Shown here in pieces: positions 36,669 through 48,300 of a stretch of 64,000 bases of DNA; the stretch's first letter is position 1; every line of letters begins with the position of its first letter. Position numbers and translations under genes: made by a program. Source of the DNA: Treponemataceae bacterium (GTDB taxonomy: Bacteria; Spirochaetota; Spirochaetia; Treponematales; Rectinemataceae); contig CAXXVZ010000003.1 of the NCBI GenBank assembly GCA_963678065.2, positions 1,824,001 to 1,888,000 on the forward strand, written 5' to 3'. The notes beneath the pieces are model-generated. The model saw nothing but the letters and a program-made list of their open reading frames with translations. It had not been told where the DNA came from and searched no databases.

Positions 36669-37382
36669 ATGAATGGATGGAAACGACGATTCCGTGCGTG
36701 GCCGGTTTTTTTGATATGTATCATTCTTTCAATGACTTCTTGTGGAATGACCCGCCCCGAACCCCAAGCATCGAATGAAGAGACCATAAAACTTTCCTTA
36801 CTTTCCCCGGACAAATACCACAGCTACCTCATGACAAAAACCAAGGACGATGTAATATCAGAGTTATATTCCGACAAGAAAAGCGCCGAGAATGTCAAGG
36901 GGTTTTTCACGGACCTGACACGATCGGAGAAAGTCGCGACCGCTATCCTGGACAACTCGGTGAAGAATGCCGTTCCCGTCGACCTCGCCTTCGCGCTCGC
37001 CTTCGAAGAGAGCATGTTCCGCACGGATGCCGTGCACAGGAACGCGGGCTCGGTTGACAGAGGACTCTTCCAGCTCAATTCGAAATCCTTCCCCGCTCTC
37101 ACCGAGGCCCAGGCCTTCGACCCGCAAAGGAACGCGGAGACTGCCCTCGGCTACTTCGGATCCTGTCTCGAGAAGGGGAAGAATGAGGTCGCGGCCCTCG
37201 CGATGTACAATGCGGGGCACAACAGGGTCTCGGGGCCAGGGACACCCAGAACGACACTGGATTACATAGCGAGGATACAGAACTATCGGCAGAATCTCGC
37301 CGATCTTTTCGCCGCGAGGGTCACGGCCAGGAACGGGCTGCGTGGTTCGGTGAACCTGAGTCTCGCCTCCACCGTCTACTGA
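36669..37382 (+). CDS. Lytic transglycosylase (SLT domain), probable lipoprotein
   Basis: EES, GLFQLN, AMYNAG motifs; signal peptide ending MTS-C. Confidence 0.88.
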   Translation: MNGWKRRFRAWPVFLICIILSMTSCGMTRPEPQASNEETIKLSLLSPDKYHSYLMTKTKDDVISELYSDKKSAENVKGFFTDLTRSEKVATAILDNSVKNAVPVDLAFALAFEESMFRTDAVHRNAGSVDRGLFQLNSKSFPALTEAQAFDPQRNAETALGYFGSCLEKGKNEVAALAMYNAGHNRVSGPGTPRTTLDYIARIQNYRQNLADLFAARVTARNGLRGSVNLSLASTVY

Positions 37383-38074
37383 ATCGCCTGCTTGGGCTTC
37401 GTCGGCCTGCCTGCGGCGGAGGCTCCCGCGGCGGAGGCGGTGCCCGCGACGATGCCTCCGGCAGCGCCTTTGGCGGCATCGGGGGCGGCGAACCGCCCGA
37501 CGATGAAGGCCACGACGGATTCCAGGCTCCGGGCATCGTTCTTGCCCAGCACCGAAATGCGGAATATGGCGGCCTCTATGAGGGCATAGATCATCTCGGC
37601 CGCAGGTTTCACGGGAAAACGATCGAATTCTCCCGAGTTCTGTCCCTCGATGATGAGGCCCGAGAGAATGTGCCGCAGGCGTATCGTCCGCCTCCGCACT
37701 CTCTCCTCCGCGTCTCCGCCGGAAGCCCGGATGTGCCGGAGATAATCGGTGACTACGCCGAGCAGCTTCGACTCGCGCGAGCAGACCTCGACAGCCATGG
37801 CAGTGATGGCGATGAGCTTCTCCGACTGAGTTTTCCCCGGGTCCACGCCGATGGTCTTGATCTCCGTTTCAAGCTTTTCGGTGAAGAGCTTGATGCTGAA
37901 GGCGAATATCTCTTTCTTGTTCTTGAAATACAGGTAGAGGATCGTCCGGGTGATGCCGCAGCGTTCGGCGATCTTCTGGAACGTTGTGTCCTCGTAGCCT
38001 TCGTTCACGAACACGTCGAGAGCTTTTTCCAGTATTTCCGTTTTGCGCTTATCGTGCGCCACCGCGACTGACAC
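37376..38074 (-). CDS. TetR-family regulator
   Basis: EILEKALDVFVNEGYEDTTFQKIAERCGITRTILYLYFKNK. Confidence 0.9.
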   Translation of the reverse strand: MSVAVAHDKRKTEILEKALDVFVNEGYEDTTFQKIAERCGITRTILYLYFKNKKEIFAFSIKLFTEKLETEIKTIGVDPGKTQSEKLIAITAMAVEVCSRESKLLGVVTDYLRHIRASGGDAEERVRRRTIRLRHILSGLIIEGQNSGEFDRFPVKPAAEMIYALIEAAIFRISVLGKNDARSLESVVAFIVGRFAAPDAAKGAAGGIVAGTASAAGASAAGRPTKPKQAIQ

Positions 38075-38207
38075 TTTTACCCCCCATGTCTTTATGTAAG
38101 TATATCAGAGATCAATTCACGGCGGAAGCATGAATTCATCGCGGGTCTTGTCCGCTTCGCGGCCTGGGGGTATAGTTCGACCACACGACAGGCGGCAAGG
38201 AGTGTCC

Positions 38208-41200
38208 ATGGAAATGATCAAGGGAATGGTCGTTCGTCTGACCGCGCTCGAAGGCGACGGGCCCCTCGAGCCCCGCCCCGGCGACAGGATTATGGAATTC
38301 CATGTGCGCAAGACGATCAGGGAAGACTTGTCCATGGATCGGGCGCTGTTCAGGACGACGGGCAACGTCATCCTGCCCGACTTCCTCGCCTCCCGGACGA
38401 TGGCGGAGAGGATCAACCGCACGCCTTCCGTCAGCGCTCTCGCGAAGACCCCGGTCAGCGCGGGGCGGCTCAACGCGATGGCCCTGATCGACGAAGTCCT
38501 GCACGACATCGCGCGGATCTACCGCGAACAGGTCGCGCCCGAGGCATTCTCCGCCGCCCTCGACGAGATCGGCACCATCTTCGGGGGAAGTCGGCTCGAA
38601 GCCCTCCTTGTCGCCTTCACCCAGGCTTTCCCTCCGCTCGCCGTACAGGCTGGCTCCATGACCGCCTCGAGCTGGCTCGCCGGCTCCACGGCCGCGGGTA
38701 TCTCCAACAGGGAGCTCGCCCTCGAGGAACTCATCCTCATGCATCTGGCCAACGAGAACCCGGCCTTCTCTCCTTTCCGTTTCCTGTTTGACAACGGCGC
38801 CGTGAACGATGCCGCATCGGGCCCTGCTGTCCGGAGCCGGAAGTCCGGCCCCGGCTCTCTCGCCGCGGACCCGGCCTATTTCATGGCCTTCGATGCCCTG
38901 GAAAAAACCTTCGCCCACATGCCGCCTTTCGGCCCCGAAGGGCAGGACCTCCTCAGCCTGCTGCGCGCGCCCGCCGCGGCCAGCCCCGACTCGCTCACGG
39001 GCCAGCTCGAGTTCATGAGGAAAAAGTGGGGTTTCGTCGCCGAGTTCCGCAGTCTCCGCCTTCTCGGCGCCCTCGACCTCATGGCCGAAGAGGAAAAGCC
39101 GCGATTTCCCCCCGGCCCCGGACCGACCAAGGCCTACGAGTACCGCAGCGCCGAACCGGAATACGAACGCTACTCGTCCGATCTCCAGTGGATGCCCAAT
39201 GTCGTCATGCTCGCGAAGAGCACTCTCGTCTGGCTCCACCAGCTCTCGGTCAGCTACGGCAGACCCATCACGCGGCTCGACCAGATCCCCGACGAAGAGC
39301 TCGATGTCATCTCGTCGCGAGGGTTCACGGTCCTCTGGCTCATCGGGCTCTGGGAGCGGAGCGCCGCGAGCGAGCAGATCAAGAAGTATTGCGGTAATCC
39401 CGAGGCGGCGGCCTCGGCCTACTCCCTCTTCGACTACGAGATCGCGCAGGAGATCGGTGGCTGGGAAGCCCTCGGCAACCTTAAGGAGCGCTGTCAGGTC
39501 CGGGGCATCAGACTCGGCGCCGACATGGTGCCGAACCACACCGGCCTCGACTCGGCCTGGATCAGGGAGAGGCCCGAACTCTTCATAAGCTCGCGGATCT
39601 GCCCCTATCCGGGCTACACGTGGAACGGCCCTGACCTCTCGCGGGATCCGCGCATCGGGCTCTGGCTCGAGGACCACTACTACGACCGCTCGGACGCCGC
39701 AGTCGTTTTCAAGCGCCTGGACAGATGGACGGGCAGGGTCGACTACATCTACCACGGCAACGACGGCACGGGCATGGCATGGAACGACACGGCCCAGATC
39801 GACTTCCTGAACCCGGCCGCGCGCGAGGCGGTCAAGGAGCGCATCCTCCACGTGGCGAGGAGCTTCCCGGTCATCCGCTTCGACGCGGCCATGGTCCTCG
39901 CGAAGCGTCACATAAAGCGGCTCTGGTACCCGGAGCCGGGACGCGGCGGCGACGTGCCATCGCGCTCGGAGCACGCCATGTCCGCCGAGGCCTTCGATGC
40001 GGCCATTCCGGAAGAATTCTGGCGCGAGGTCGTCGACATGTGCGCGAAGGAGGCGCCCGACACCCTCCTTCTCGCGGAGGCCTTCTGGATGATGGAAGGC
40101 TACTTCGTGAGGACCCTCGGCATGCACCGCGTCTACAACTCGGCCTTCATGAACATGCTGAAGCGCGAGGAAAACGCGAAATACCGCGAGACGATCCGGA
40201 ACACCCAGGAGTTCGACCGCGAGATACTCAAGCGCTTCGTCAACTTCATGAACAACCCCGACGAGGAGCCCGCGATCGCCCAGTTCGGTTCGGGCGACAA
40301 GTACTTCGGTGTCTGCACGCTCATGGCTACCATGCCGGGACTGCCCATGTTCGGGCACGGGCAGGTCGAGGGTTTCTCCGAGAAGTACGGCATGGAGTAC
40401 CGCCGGTCCTACCGGGACGAGAAGCCGGACCAGGCCTTGGTCGGGCGGCACGCCCGCGAAATATTCCCCCTGCTCAAGCGGCGCGGCCTCTACGCCGGCG
40501 TCGACAACTTCCTTCTCTTCGACTTCCGCGACTCAGGCGGCGTCAACGAGAACGTCTTTGCCTACACGAACGGGACGGGGACTGACATACCGCGGCGCGG
40601 CGTGGAGGAGTCCTTCCGGCATCCGGCCGGAAAGCTCGACGGACCCGGGGCTCACGGGCACCGGAGCCTCGTCGTCTACAACAACGCCTACGCCAGGGCT
40701 TCCGGCTCGATCCGTCAGTCCTGTCCCTTCGTCGTCAAGCTCGATTCCGGCGAGAAGCGACTCGATACCGCCACGCTCGCGGAAGGCCTCGGCGTCGCCG
40801 GCGCGCCGGAAAGCTTCCTCGCGATGCGGGAGCTCCGGAGCGGACTCTGGTACCTCTTCAGCTGCCGCGACATCATCGCACAAGGCCTCGACTTCGATCT
40901 TGACGGATACGCCTGCAAGGTCTTCCTCGACCTCCACATCATCGACGACAACGAGAAGGGCATCTGCGCCTCCGTCTACGGCGCGCTGGGCAAAGGCGGC
41001 ATCCCGAAGCTCTCCGCGGCCTTCGCCGACGCGAAGAGGCCTTTCCTGTACTCCGCATTCGCCGCGGTCGTCCACGCGGGAGCCGGAGCCTGCGCGGCGG
41101 GACAGATCGACAATGCGCAGGAAATCGCGGATCTCCGGGAAAAGGCGCGGATCTTCTACGCCGAGTTCCTCGAATTCCTGCGGCGCGAGGCCTCGGAGCT

Positions 41201-41948
41201 TCCCGGCGGCCAGGCCGTAGCGGAAGACGCGTCCGCCGATGCCTGCGCCAAAGCGGTCGCCGCGCTGGAAGCGGGACTGGGCTTTCTCCGGACACAGGCG
41301 GCCGCCGGACAGGGGCCGGCAGTCGCGGCGGTCTCCAGAAAGACGGGGGCCTCTGTCGTCTGGAGCGTTCTGCAGGCGGCAAGGTTCCTTCTCGACGGCG
41401 AGCTCGCGAAGAACGCGTTCGCGCAGATCCTCGGCCACTTCGATTTCGGAAGGAAGGCGCAAGAAGTGCTCGACTTGATCTACTCTGAACAGGGAGAGGG
41501 AGGGCCGAAGCTCGACGCCCTCGCCTGGTGCATGAGCTATGCGCGCAGGCCGGGTCCGCGCGCGGAAAAAGCTGAGCCGGAGACGGGTGACCCGGCCCTT
41601 TCCCGGGCCCTCGAGCTTGCTGTCTGGGCCGAAGGGGACGAGTCCGCCGCCCGCTGCCTCGGGGTGAATGCCTGGGAAGGCGTGGAGTACTTCTCCAAGG
41701 AGCTCTTCGAAGAGGCGGTCGGCTACAGCATACTCCTCTCGGGGATAGAGGATGCGGTCCGGGAAACAGGGCCCGGAGCTCCTCTTTCTGGCTCCGCCGG
41801 CGACACAGCCAGTTCAGGGGCAGGAAAAGACGTTTTCGCGAAGGCCGTGGCGGAAATCCTCCTCGAAGCGGAGGCGGCGAGCGGCTTCAGAACTTCCCGT
41901 CTCCTCCTCGTGCTCGAGACGATGGCCGCGGGAAAGGGGATCGCCTGA
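38208..41948 (+). CDS. Large GH13 alpha-amylase-family protein (~1246 aa)
   Basis: DMVPNH, IRFDAAM, LLAEAF and FMNNPDE conserved regions; AAGGAG RBS. Confidence 0.88.
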   Translation: MEMIKGMVVRLTALEGDGPLEPRPGDRIMEFHVRKTIREDLSMDRALFRTTGNVILPDFLASRTMAERINRTPSVSALAKTPVSAGRLNAMALIDEVLHDIARIYREQVAPEAFSAALDEIGTIFGGSRLEALLVAFTQAFPPLAVQAGSMTASSWLAGSTAAGISNRELALEELILMHLANENPAFSPFRFLFDNGAVNDAASGPAVRSRKSGPGSLAADPAYFMAFDALEKTFAHMPPFGPEGQDLLSLLRAPAAASPDSLTGQLEFMRKKWGFVAEFRSLRLLGALDLMAEEEKPRFPPGPGPTKAYEYRSAEPEYERYSSDLQWMPNVVMLAKSTLVWLHQLSVSYGRPITRLDQIPDEELDVISSRGFTVLWLIGLWERSAASEQIKKYCGNPEAAASAYSLFDYEIAQEIGGWEALGNLKERCQVRGIRLGADMVPNHTGLDSAWIRERPELFISSRICPYPGYTWNGPDLSRDPRIGLWLEDHYYDRSDAAVVFKRLDRWTGRVDYIYHGNDGTGMAWNDTAQIDFLNPAAREAVKERILHVARSFPVIRFDAAMVLAKRHIKRLWYPEPGRGGDVPSRSEHAMSAEAFDAAIPEEFWREVVDMCAKEAPDTLLLAEAFWMMEGYFVRTLGMHRVYNSAFMNMLKREENAKYRETIRNTQEFDREILKRFVNFMNNPDEEPAIAQFGSGDKYFGVCTLMATMPGLPMFGHGQVEGFSEKYGMEYRRSYRDEKPDQALVGRHAREIFPLLKRRGLYAGVDNFLLFDFRDSGGVNENVFAYTNGTGTDIPRRGVEESFRHPAGKLDGPGAHGHRSLVVYNNAYARASGSIRQSCPFVVKLDSGEKRLDTATLAEGLGVAGAPESFLAMRELRSGLWYLFSCRDIIAQGLDFDLDGYACKVFLDLHIIDDNEKGICASVYGALGKGGIPKLSAAFADAKRPFLYSAFAAVVHAGAGACAAGQIDNAQEIADLREKARIFYAEFLEFLRREASELPGGQAVAEDASADACAKAVAALEAGLGFLRTQAAAGQGPAVAAVSRKTGASVVWSVLQAARFLLDGELAKNAFAQILGHFDFGRKAQEVLDLIYSEQGEGGPKLDALAWCMSYARRPGPRAEKAEPETGDPALSRALELAVWAEGDESAARCLGVNAWEGVEYFSKELFEEAVGYSILLSGIEDAVRETGPGAPLSGSAGDTASSGAGKDVFAKAVAEILLEAEAASGFRTSRLLLVLETMAAGKGIA

Positions 41949-42496
41949 TGAGCCACAGACCATTCGACATACGTACCTGGAACGACAATCCCTGGTCTAC
42001 GGTGGCGGAGCGCTGGATGCTCATAACCGCGGGAAACGCCGCTTCGTGGAACACGATGACCGCGTCGTGGGGTGGCTTCGGTCACCTCTGGAACAAGGAC
42101 GTCGCCTTCATTTTCATGCGGCCGACCCGCTACACGTTCGGATTCATGGAGGCTTCTGCCTCGTTCAGTCTCTGTTTTTTCGGCGAGGAGCAGCGCGAAG
42201 CCCTTGAGATCTGCGGCAGAGTTTCGGGACGCGACAGCGACAAGGCCGCCCTGACGGGGCTCGAGCCGACGACCTTCGCCTACCCGCCTTCAGCCCCGCT
42301 TCCGGGCAAGGCCGCCGGAGAAGACTGCGTCGTCGGCTTTGCCCAGGCGAAGATAGTCCTCGCCTGCCGGAAACTGCACGCACAGGATCTCGACCCCGCC
42401 TGCTTCGTCGATCCAGCGATCGCGAACCATTACAAGGCCATGGATTGGCATCGGTTCTACGTGGCCTCCATCGAAGCCGCGTGGAAACAAGACTGA
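41948..42496 (+). CDS. Flavin reductase-like protein
   Basis: WMLITAG, NTMTASWGG, RPTRYT, CGRVSGRDSDK. Confidence 0.88.
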   Translation: MSHRPFDIRTWNDNPWSTVAERWMLITAGNAASWNTMTASWGGFGHLWNKDVAFIFMRPTRYTFGFMEASASFSLCFFGEEQREALEICGRVSGRDSDKAALTGLEPTTFAYPPSAPLPGKAAGEDCVVGFAQAKIVLACRKLHAQDLDPACFVDPAIANHYKAMDWHRFYVASIEAAWKQD

Positions 42497-42501
42497 AGGT
42501 C

Positions 42502-45306
42502 ATGCCGGAAACCCTCACCGGGGAAATACAGCGCCGCATCTCTGAACTCATCCGCGACCCCCTCGTCGACTTTGTCTTTCCCTCCCAGGTCGCGGCGGAG
42601 TCTCAGGCCCGCGCTCGCTGCCTCTCGGGACTCTCGGGCGCCGTAGAAAGTTCGAGGTTCCCGGGATGGGACAGTTTCAAGGAGAGCCTCTTCTCTCCGC
42701 GGGACGCCCGACGCCCGGCCAACAGGATAGCCCGCACGATCTGGGCGGCCCGCGTCCTCGAACGACAGAAAAAAGAGGCCTTCCTCGCCGTCCTGACGGG
42801 CCCGGGGGAACCTTCTCCGGCCTTCCTCTCCTGCATCGCCTCGATCCCTCCCCGACTCCGCGCCACGGTAGAATCCATCCGGGCGCTCGGAGAGTCCGGA
42901 AGAGGCGGACTCACAGGCGAGTCCACCCTCGTCTGCGCCGACCTCGAGTCGCTCTATAAGGATTATCGCGGATTTCTGGACGAGTGTTCCCTCTTCGAGC
43001 CGGACTGGCAGCGGACGAGATCGCCGGCGCGGGAGGGACGGCGGTATATTCTGTTCGCTCCCGAACTCATCGAGGATTTCGACGAATACCGGGACTCGAT
43101 AGCCGCCATGGAGAACGTCGAGGTCCTCAGTCTGGACCAGCTTTCTCCCCGCAGTGGCGGACCTTCCTTCGCCCTCGCCGCCTTCCCGAACGCCAGGGAG
43201 GAGATTCGCTGGGTCTTCGGGCGGATTTCCGCCCTCCTCGATGCGGGGGTCCGCCCGGAAGAAATCGCGGTCACCTCGACACAGCTCGAGAAGGCCGCGC
43301 CCCTGATTCTCCGTACGGCGAAGGAATGGGGCGTCCCCTGCGCGCTCAAATCGGGGACCAGACTCTCCGCGACGGCGTTCGGGCGCTTCCTCGTGGCGGC
43401 AAAGACCTGCCACAGCAGAGATTTTGACTTCCCCTCGATGCGGAATATCCTCCTCGACAAAGCCATCCCCTGGAAAAACAGGGACCTGGCCCGCGACCTC
43501 GTGCGCTTCGGCATCCAGTACCACATCCACTCGGGCTACGGCAGCGGGAAAGACAGGGTCGACATCTGGAAGGAGACCTTCCGGATCTGCGATCCGCGCT
43601 CGCCGCTTTCAGGTTTCCACGACGCGCTCACACGGGGAATCCGGGAACTCGCCGCGGCCGGGAGCTTCGCGCAGCTGCGGGAGAGGCTCATGAAATTCCG
43701 TCGTAACATCCTGGCCGAAACGGATGTGGAAGAGGCAGGGGAGCGCGAGGTGGAGCGGGTCATCGCGGAGCTGGGCAAGCTCTGCGAGACGGAGGCCATT
43801 CTCGGCCCCGCGGGGAGGGTCCCCGAGCCTTTCGGACTCTTTCTCTCCCACCTCGAGTCGGAGCCGTATGTCCCGCAGTCCGGAGACGGCATGGTGCCCG
43901 TGTACGCGTACAAGGTTTCCGCCCTCATGGCGGTCAGCCACCATTTCATCCTCGGCTGCTCCGAGGAAGCGACGAGGGTTTCCTTTTCCGGCGGAACCTT
44001 CCTTCCCGAAACCCTGAAGGAAATCCTGGGCCGGAAGGACAGGGACGCCTCGGCCTCCTTCATGGCGGCCTACACCGGGGACCCGGGCAGCCTCGCATGC
44101 TTCGCCACCGAGGATTTTTCCGGCTGGAGCGCGACGCGGGCGGATGCGGGACCCGCAATCCCGCCGGAGGACTTCGACGAAATCAGGGCGGCCGATCCCG
44201 TCCTCGGGGAAACCCGCGCCTGGAGATCAGGCCGCGCGGGCACCCTGCCCTCGCGGCTCTGCGCGTGGCAGATCCGGGCCATGTGTGGAGAGGATCCCGC
44301 GGAGAACCCGGTTCCGGAAGCAGGACAAAACAGGGAAACGGCGGCGATCCGCGGATCGCCGCCCCTCCTTTCACGTTCGGGCAGGGATTACTCCCGCGAC
44401 TGCGCCGGAGCCGCCATCCTCTCCGGAATCCTTTGCCGGAAGGAGAGCCCGGAAGGCTGGCTCCGCCTTTCCGCGAGCGGAGTGAAAGACTACCTGGCCT
44501 GTCCCTTCTCCTGGCTCCTGAAACGCGCCCTCCACCTTGAGGAGGAGCCCTCGGGTATGGGCTTTTTCGACAACATGCTGGCCGGGGAGATGGCCCACGC
44601 CCTCATACGGGAACTGTACGTGGAAATCGCCGCGGACGGTCCCTACGATCCCTCCAGGGCTCAGGTCTACAAGACCGCCATCCCTCATCTGGCGAGGAAA
44701 GTCCTCGTCGAGTTCTCGAAACGCCAGGGCCCCTTCCTCGAACCCATGTTCGAAGCCTATCTGCCCCTCCTCGCCGACCGCGTCGCTCGCCTCGTCGACG
44801 CTGAATCCGTCTTCGCGGGATGGAACCCAGGCGACTTCGAGATCGAGGGCGTGAAGGCCTATCCGGAAAACATGGTCACGCTCGAAGGGAGGGCCGACCG
44901 GATCGCTTTCCGGGGAGAGGTCCTCGCCATCGTCGATTACAAGAAAAAAACGGTCCCGAGGGCCGCGAATCTCGTCCTTTCCGCGGAGCCGGCAGGCGGG
45001 CTGGGCGACTGCCAGATCGCGGCCTACGTCAGGCTTTTCGAAGGCGGGGGCAGGCTCGTCGAGAGGGCGGCTTTCTACTCCATCGAAAACGCCGAGTGGT
45101 CGAACGTGATCGGGGAAGGCGGACTCAAGTCCCGCGGCGAATATGAGGCGGAACTCAGGGTCTTCGACTCCGACCTCGCGCGGGTGGCCGCGGCCATGCG
45201 CCAAGGCGATTTCCGGATATCCCCGCCGACGAGTCCGGGCGGCGCGGATTCATGCGAGAACTGCGAATGGAAGGCGGTGTGCAGAAGCCGCTTCGCGACG
45301 GAGTGA
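42502..45306 (+). CDS. addB: AddB-like protein with PD-(D/E)XK nuclease and 4 Cys (Fe-S)
   Basis: DYLACPF...LEGRADRI...IVDYKK...QIAAY...CENCEWKAVCR. Confidence 0.82.
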   Translation: MPETLTGEIQRRISELIRDPLVDFVFPSQVAAESQARARCLSGLSGAVESSRFPGWDSFKESLFSPRDARRPANRIARTIWAARVLERQKKEAFLAVLTGPGEPSPAFLSCIASIPPRLRATVESIRALGESGRGGLTGESTLVCADLESLYKDYRGFLDECSLFEPDWQRTRSPAREGRRYILFAPELIEDFDEYRDSIAAMENVEVLSLDQLSPRSGGPSFALAAFPNAREEIRWVFGRISALLDAGVRPEEIAVTSTQLEKAAPLILRTAKEWGVPCALKSGTRLSATAFGRFLVAAKTCHSRDFDFPSMRNILLDKAIPWKNRDLARDLVRFGIQYHIHSGYGSGKDRVDIWKETFRICDPRSPLSGFHDALTRGIRELAAAGSFAQLRERLMKFRRNILAETDVEEAGEREVERVIAELGKLCETEAILGPAGRVPEPFGLFLSHLESEPYVPQSGDGMVPVYAYKVSALMAVSHHFILGCSEEATRVSFSGGTFLPETLKEILGRKDRDASASFMAAYTGDPGSLACFATEDFSGWSATRADAGPAIPPEDFDEIRAADPVLGETRAWRSGRAGTLPSRLCAWQIRAMCGEDPAENPVPEAGQNRETAAIRGSPPLLSRSGRDYSRDCAGAAILSGILCRKESPEGWLRLSASGVKDYLACPFSWLLKRALHLEEEPSGMGFFDNMLAGEMAHALIRELYVEIAADGPYDPSRAQVYKTAIPHLARKVLVEFSKRQGPFLEPMFEAYLPLLADRVARLVDAESVFAGWNPGDFEIEGVKAYPENMVTLEGRADRIAFRGEVLAIVDYKKKTVPRAANLVLSAEPAGGLGDCQIAAYVRLFEGGGRLVERAAFYSIENAEWSNVIGEGGLKSRGEYEAELRVFDSDLARVAAAMRQGDFRISPPTSPGGADSCENCEWKAVCRSRFATE

Positions 45307-45308
45307 CA

Positions 45309-48300
45309 ATGGCCGGATCGACGAAACCAGACAGAGAGCAGGACTCCGACCAGAGGGCGGCCGTCGCCATGCGTCGGAACGGCGCGGTCTCGGCCGGGGC
45401 CGGATCGGGAAAGACAACAGTCCTCGCGGCCCGCTACATCGATCTCATCGTCAACTCGGGCGCCGAGCTGCGATCCATCCTCACCCTCACCTTCACCCGG
45501 AAAGCGGCCGCCGAGATGTACTCGCGCATCCACGAAAGCCTGGTCCGCTCCGAGCTTCCCGCCGTCAGGGAGCAGGCCGCGCGCTTTCCCGAAGCCTCCA
45601 TATCGACGATCGACGCCTTCTGCGGAACGGTGACGAGGAGCTCGGCCGCGCGCTACGGCTACGCGCCCGACTTCACGACGGACGACGAGAAGGCGCGCAG
45701 CATCGCCGTCGACGAAGCCCTCGCCTATCTCCTCGAAAACCGCCGCGACCCCGCCCTGATGGAGCTCAACGCCCGGCTGGGTTTCACGACGGCCTGGAAA
45801 GAGCTCTTCGCCGATCTCGCGTATAGCCTGGTCAGCCCCTGCCCGGACGAAGACGGCGGCTTCCCCGGCATCGCGGCAAAAACAGCGACCGCCCTCGACG
45901 GGACGATCGCGGGACTCGTCGCCGCCTTGAGGGAACTCTCCGGGACGGTGGCGGGGGCCGCGGCGGCCATCGGAAAGCCGGGCAATGACTGCGCCCTCGC
46001 CATAGAATTTTTCGGATCTCTGCCCGGCAGACTGGATGAACTGCCGCCGACTCCGGCGACAGCCGTCTTCCGGGCCAGGCCTGCGAACTGCGGCGCGGCG
46101 GATCTTCTCTGCGAGATCGCCCGTGCGGCCGCGGAACTCGCGCTGAGAGGCTACGCCCGGAGCGACCCCGACCAGGCTATGGTCAAAGAAGCGGCCAAAA
46201 ACGCCCGGGATCTCGCACCCCGGCTCGGGGCCGCCGCCGCCCTGCTCGCGGATCTCGGCCTTCTGGAAGCAGTCATGCGGCACATGGACGCCTTCGCCCT
46301 CCGCTACCGCGCAGCCAAGCGCGCCGCGGGTGTCATGGGCTTCCGAGATGTCGCACTCTGCGCCACGCATCTGCTCCGTACCCGGCCCGATATCCGCTCC
46401 TGGTGGAAGGGGCGCTACCGCTACATCATGATCGACGAATTCCAGGACAACAACGCGGATCAGAAGAACCTCCTCTTTCTCCTCGCGGAGCGGCCGGAAC
46501 TCTCCTCTTTCGGCATCCCCCGAGCCGGGGACCTCGTCCCGGACAAACTCTTCTTTGTCGGCGACGAGAAGCAGTCCATCTACATGTTCCGGGGCGCCGA
46601 TGTCTCGGTCTTCCGCCGACTCGACCGCGAACTCGCCTCAGACGGAACCAGTCTCGCGACCAACTACCGGAGCGAACCCGCCCTCGTCGATTTCTTCAAC
46701 TCCGCCTTCGCGCGGATCATGGCGAATCCGGAGGCCGATTTCGAGGCGCGTTTCTCGGAGATAAAGCGGCGCCCGCCCACCCCTGGGCTCTCGCCGACCA
46801 TCCGCTACCTCCTCAGACAGAAACCGGGACAGGGCCGGAAGGACCCGGCCGAACGGAGCGAGGACGAGATTCTCGCCCACGGCATCGCCCGTTTCGTGCG
46901 CGAGCGCGTGGAGAGAGGCGACCTTCCCGTGGCGGACGGAAAAGGAGGAACGCGTCCCGCAGGCTACGGCGATTTCGCCCTGCTCATGCGCTCGACCTCG
47001 AACCAGCACCTCCTCGAGCGGTTTTTCCGGATTCTCGACATCCCCTACTCGGCCTCGGCGGTCTGCGGTCTGTTCATGGAGTCGCCGGTCAACGACATCT
47101 ACAACGCGCTCCGGCTCGTCCTTCTTCCCGAGGACAGGACGGCCTTCGCCGCCGTGCTGCGCTCGCCCCTCGTGCGCGTTTCCGACGACGCCCTCGTCGC
47201 CATCCTCTCCTCCATGGACAGGGACAAGCCGGTCTCCCCGGGGACCGCCTTCGGAACGGCGCCCGGAACAGGCTCGGGATTCGACCCCGGAGCGCTGTCC
47301 GCCGCCGACAGGGAACGTTTCGAGAGGGGAAAAGCCATCTTTGCGAAACTCGCGACAATGGCCGACCGCGTCCCGGCGCCCGAACTCGTCTCCTGGATCT
47401 GGCACGAGGCAGGCCTCCGCGCCGCCATCCTCTCCAAACCCGAGGCTCATCCCTTCCTCGAACACTTCGAGTTCGTCTTCGACCTCGCCTGCAGGGCAGA
47501 AGCCGCCGGCAAGAACCTCTCCGCCTTCGTCTCGGAGGACCTCGAACCCTTCATCGGCAGCATCGAGAAGAAGGACGTCGACGAACTTCAGCGGGACCAC
47601 GCGGAGGGCGTGAGGATCATGACGGTGCACAAGTCGAAGGGACTCGAGTTTCCCGTCGTCATCATTCCGTGGATGAACAACACAGGCGCCCGCGACAGTT
47701 CAGGCGAAGCCTGGTACGCCTCGGAGCGCGTGGGCGTGAGCGTCAACCTGAAGCCCTACGACAGGCCGAAAACGCCCTTCAGGAACATCTTCTTCGAGGA
47801 GGCGAAGGAGGCGCAGAAGGCAAAAAGGGCTGCGGAGACCAAGAGACTTTTCTATGTCGCCTGCACGCGGGCCATCTCCCACCTCGTCTTCGCCGGATTC
47901 GACTCTTCGAGGGCCGAATCCGGCGGCCTGTCTTTCCACAGCCTCCTCGCGGGCGGCGACGGGAAGAGAGGGGAAGATGGCCGCTTCCCCGCCCTCGAGC
48001 CCGAAGTCTCGCTCGAAACGATCCCCGGCCTCACGACCGATGAGTACAAGTCCCTCTTCCGGGGCACGGAGGCGCGGAAAATCGACGATTTCGTCCCCGC
48101 ATACCGCCGGGTCGCGCGTCTCGACAGGCAGTATTGCAGGACGACACTCAGCGCGACGGAACTCGAGGCAGCGCGGAGCGACGAACTCGCAGCCGGCAAA
48201 GAGGCCGGAAAACCCTCAGGACTCGACCAGGCCGGAAGGACGGGCCGACCCGCCGGGATCGCGTGGCCGGCGGCGCTCCTTTCCCTCGCCTGTCCGCAGA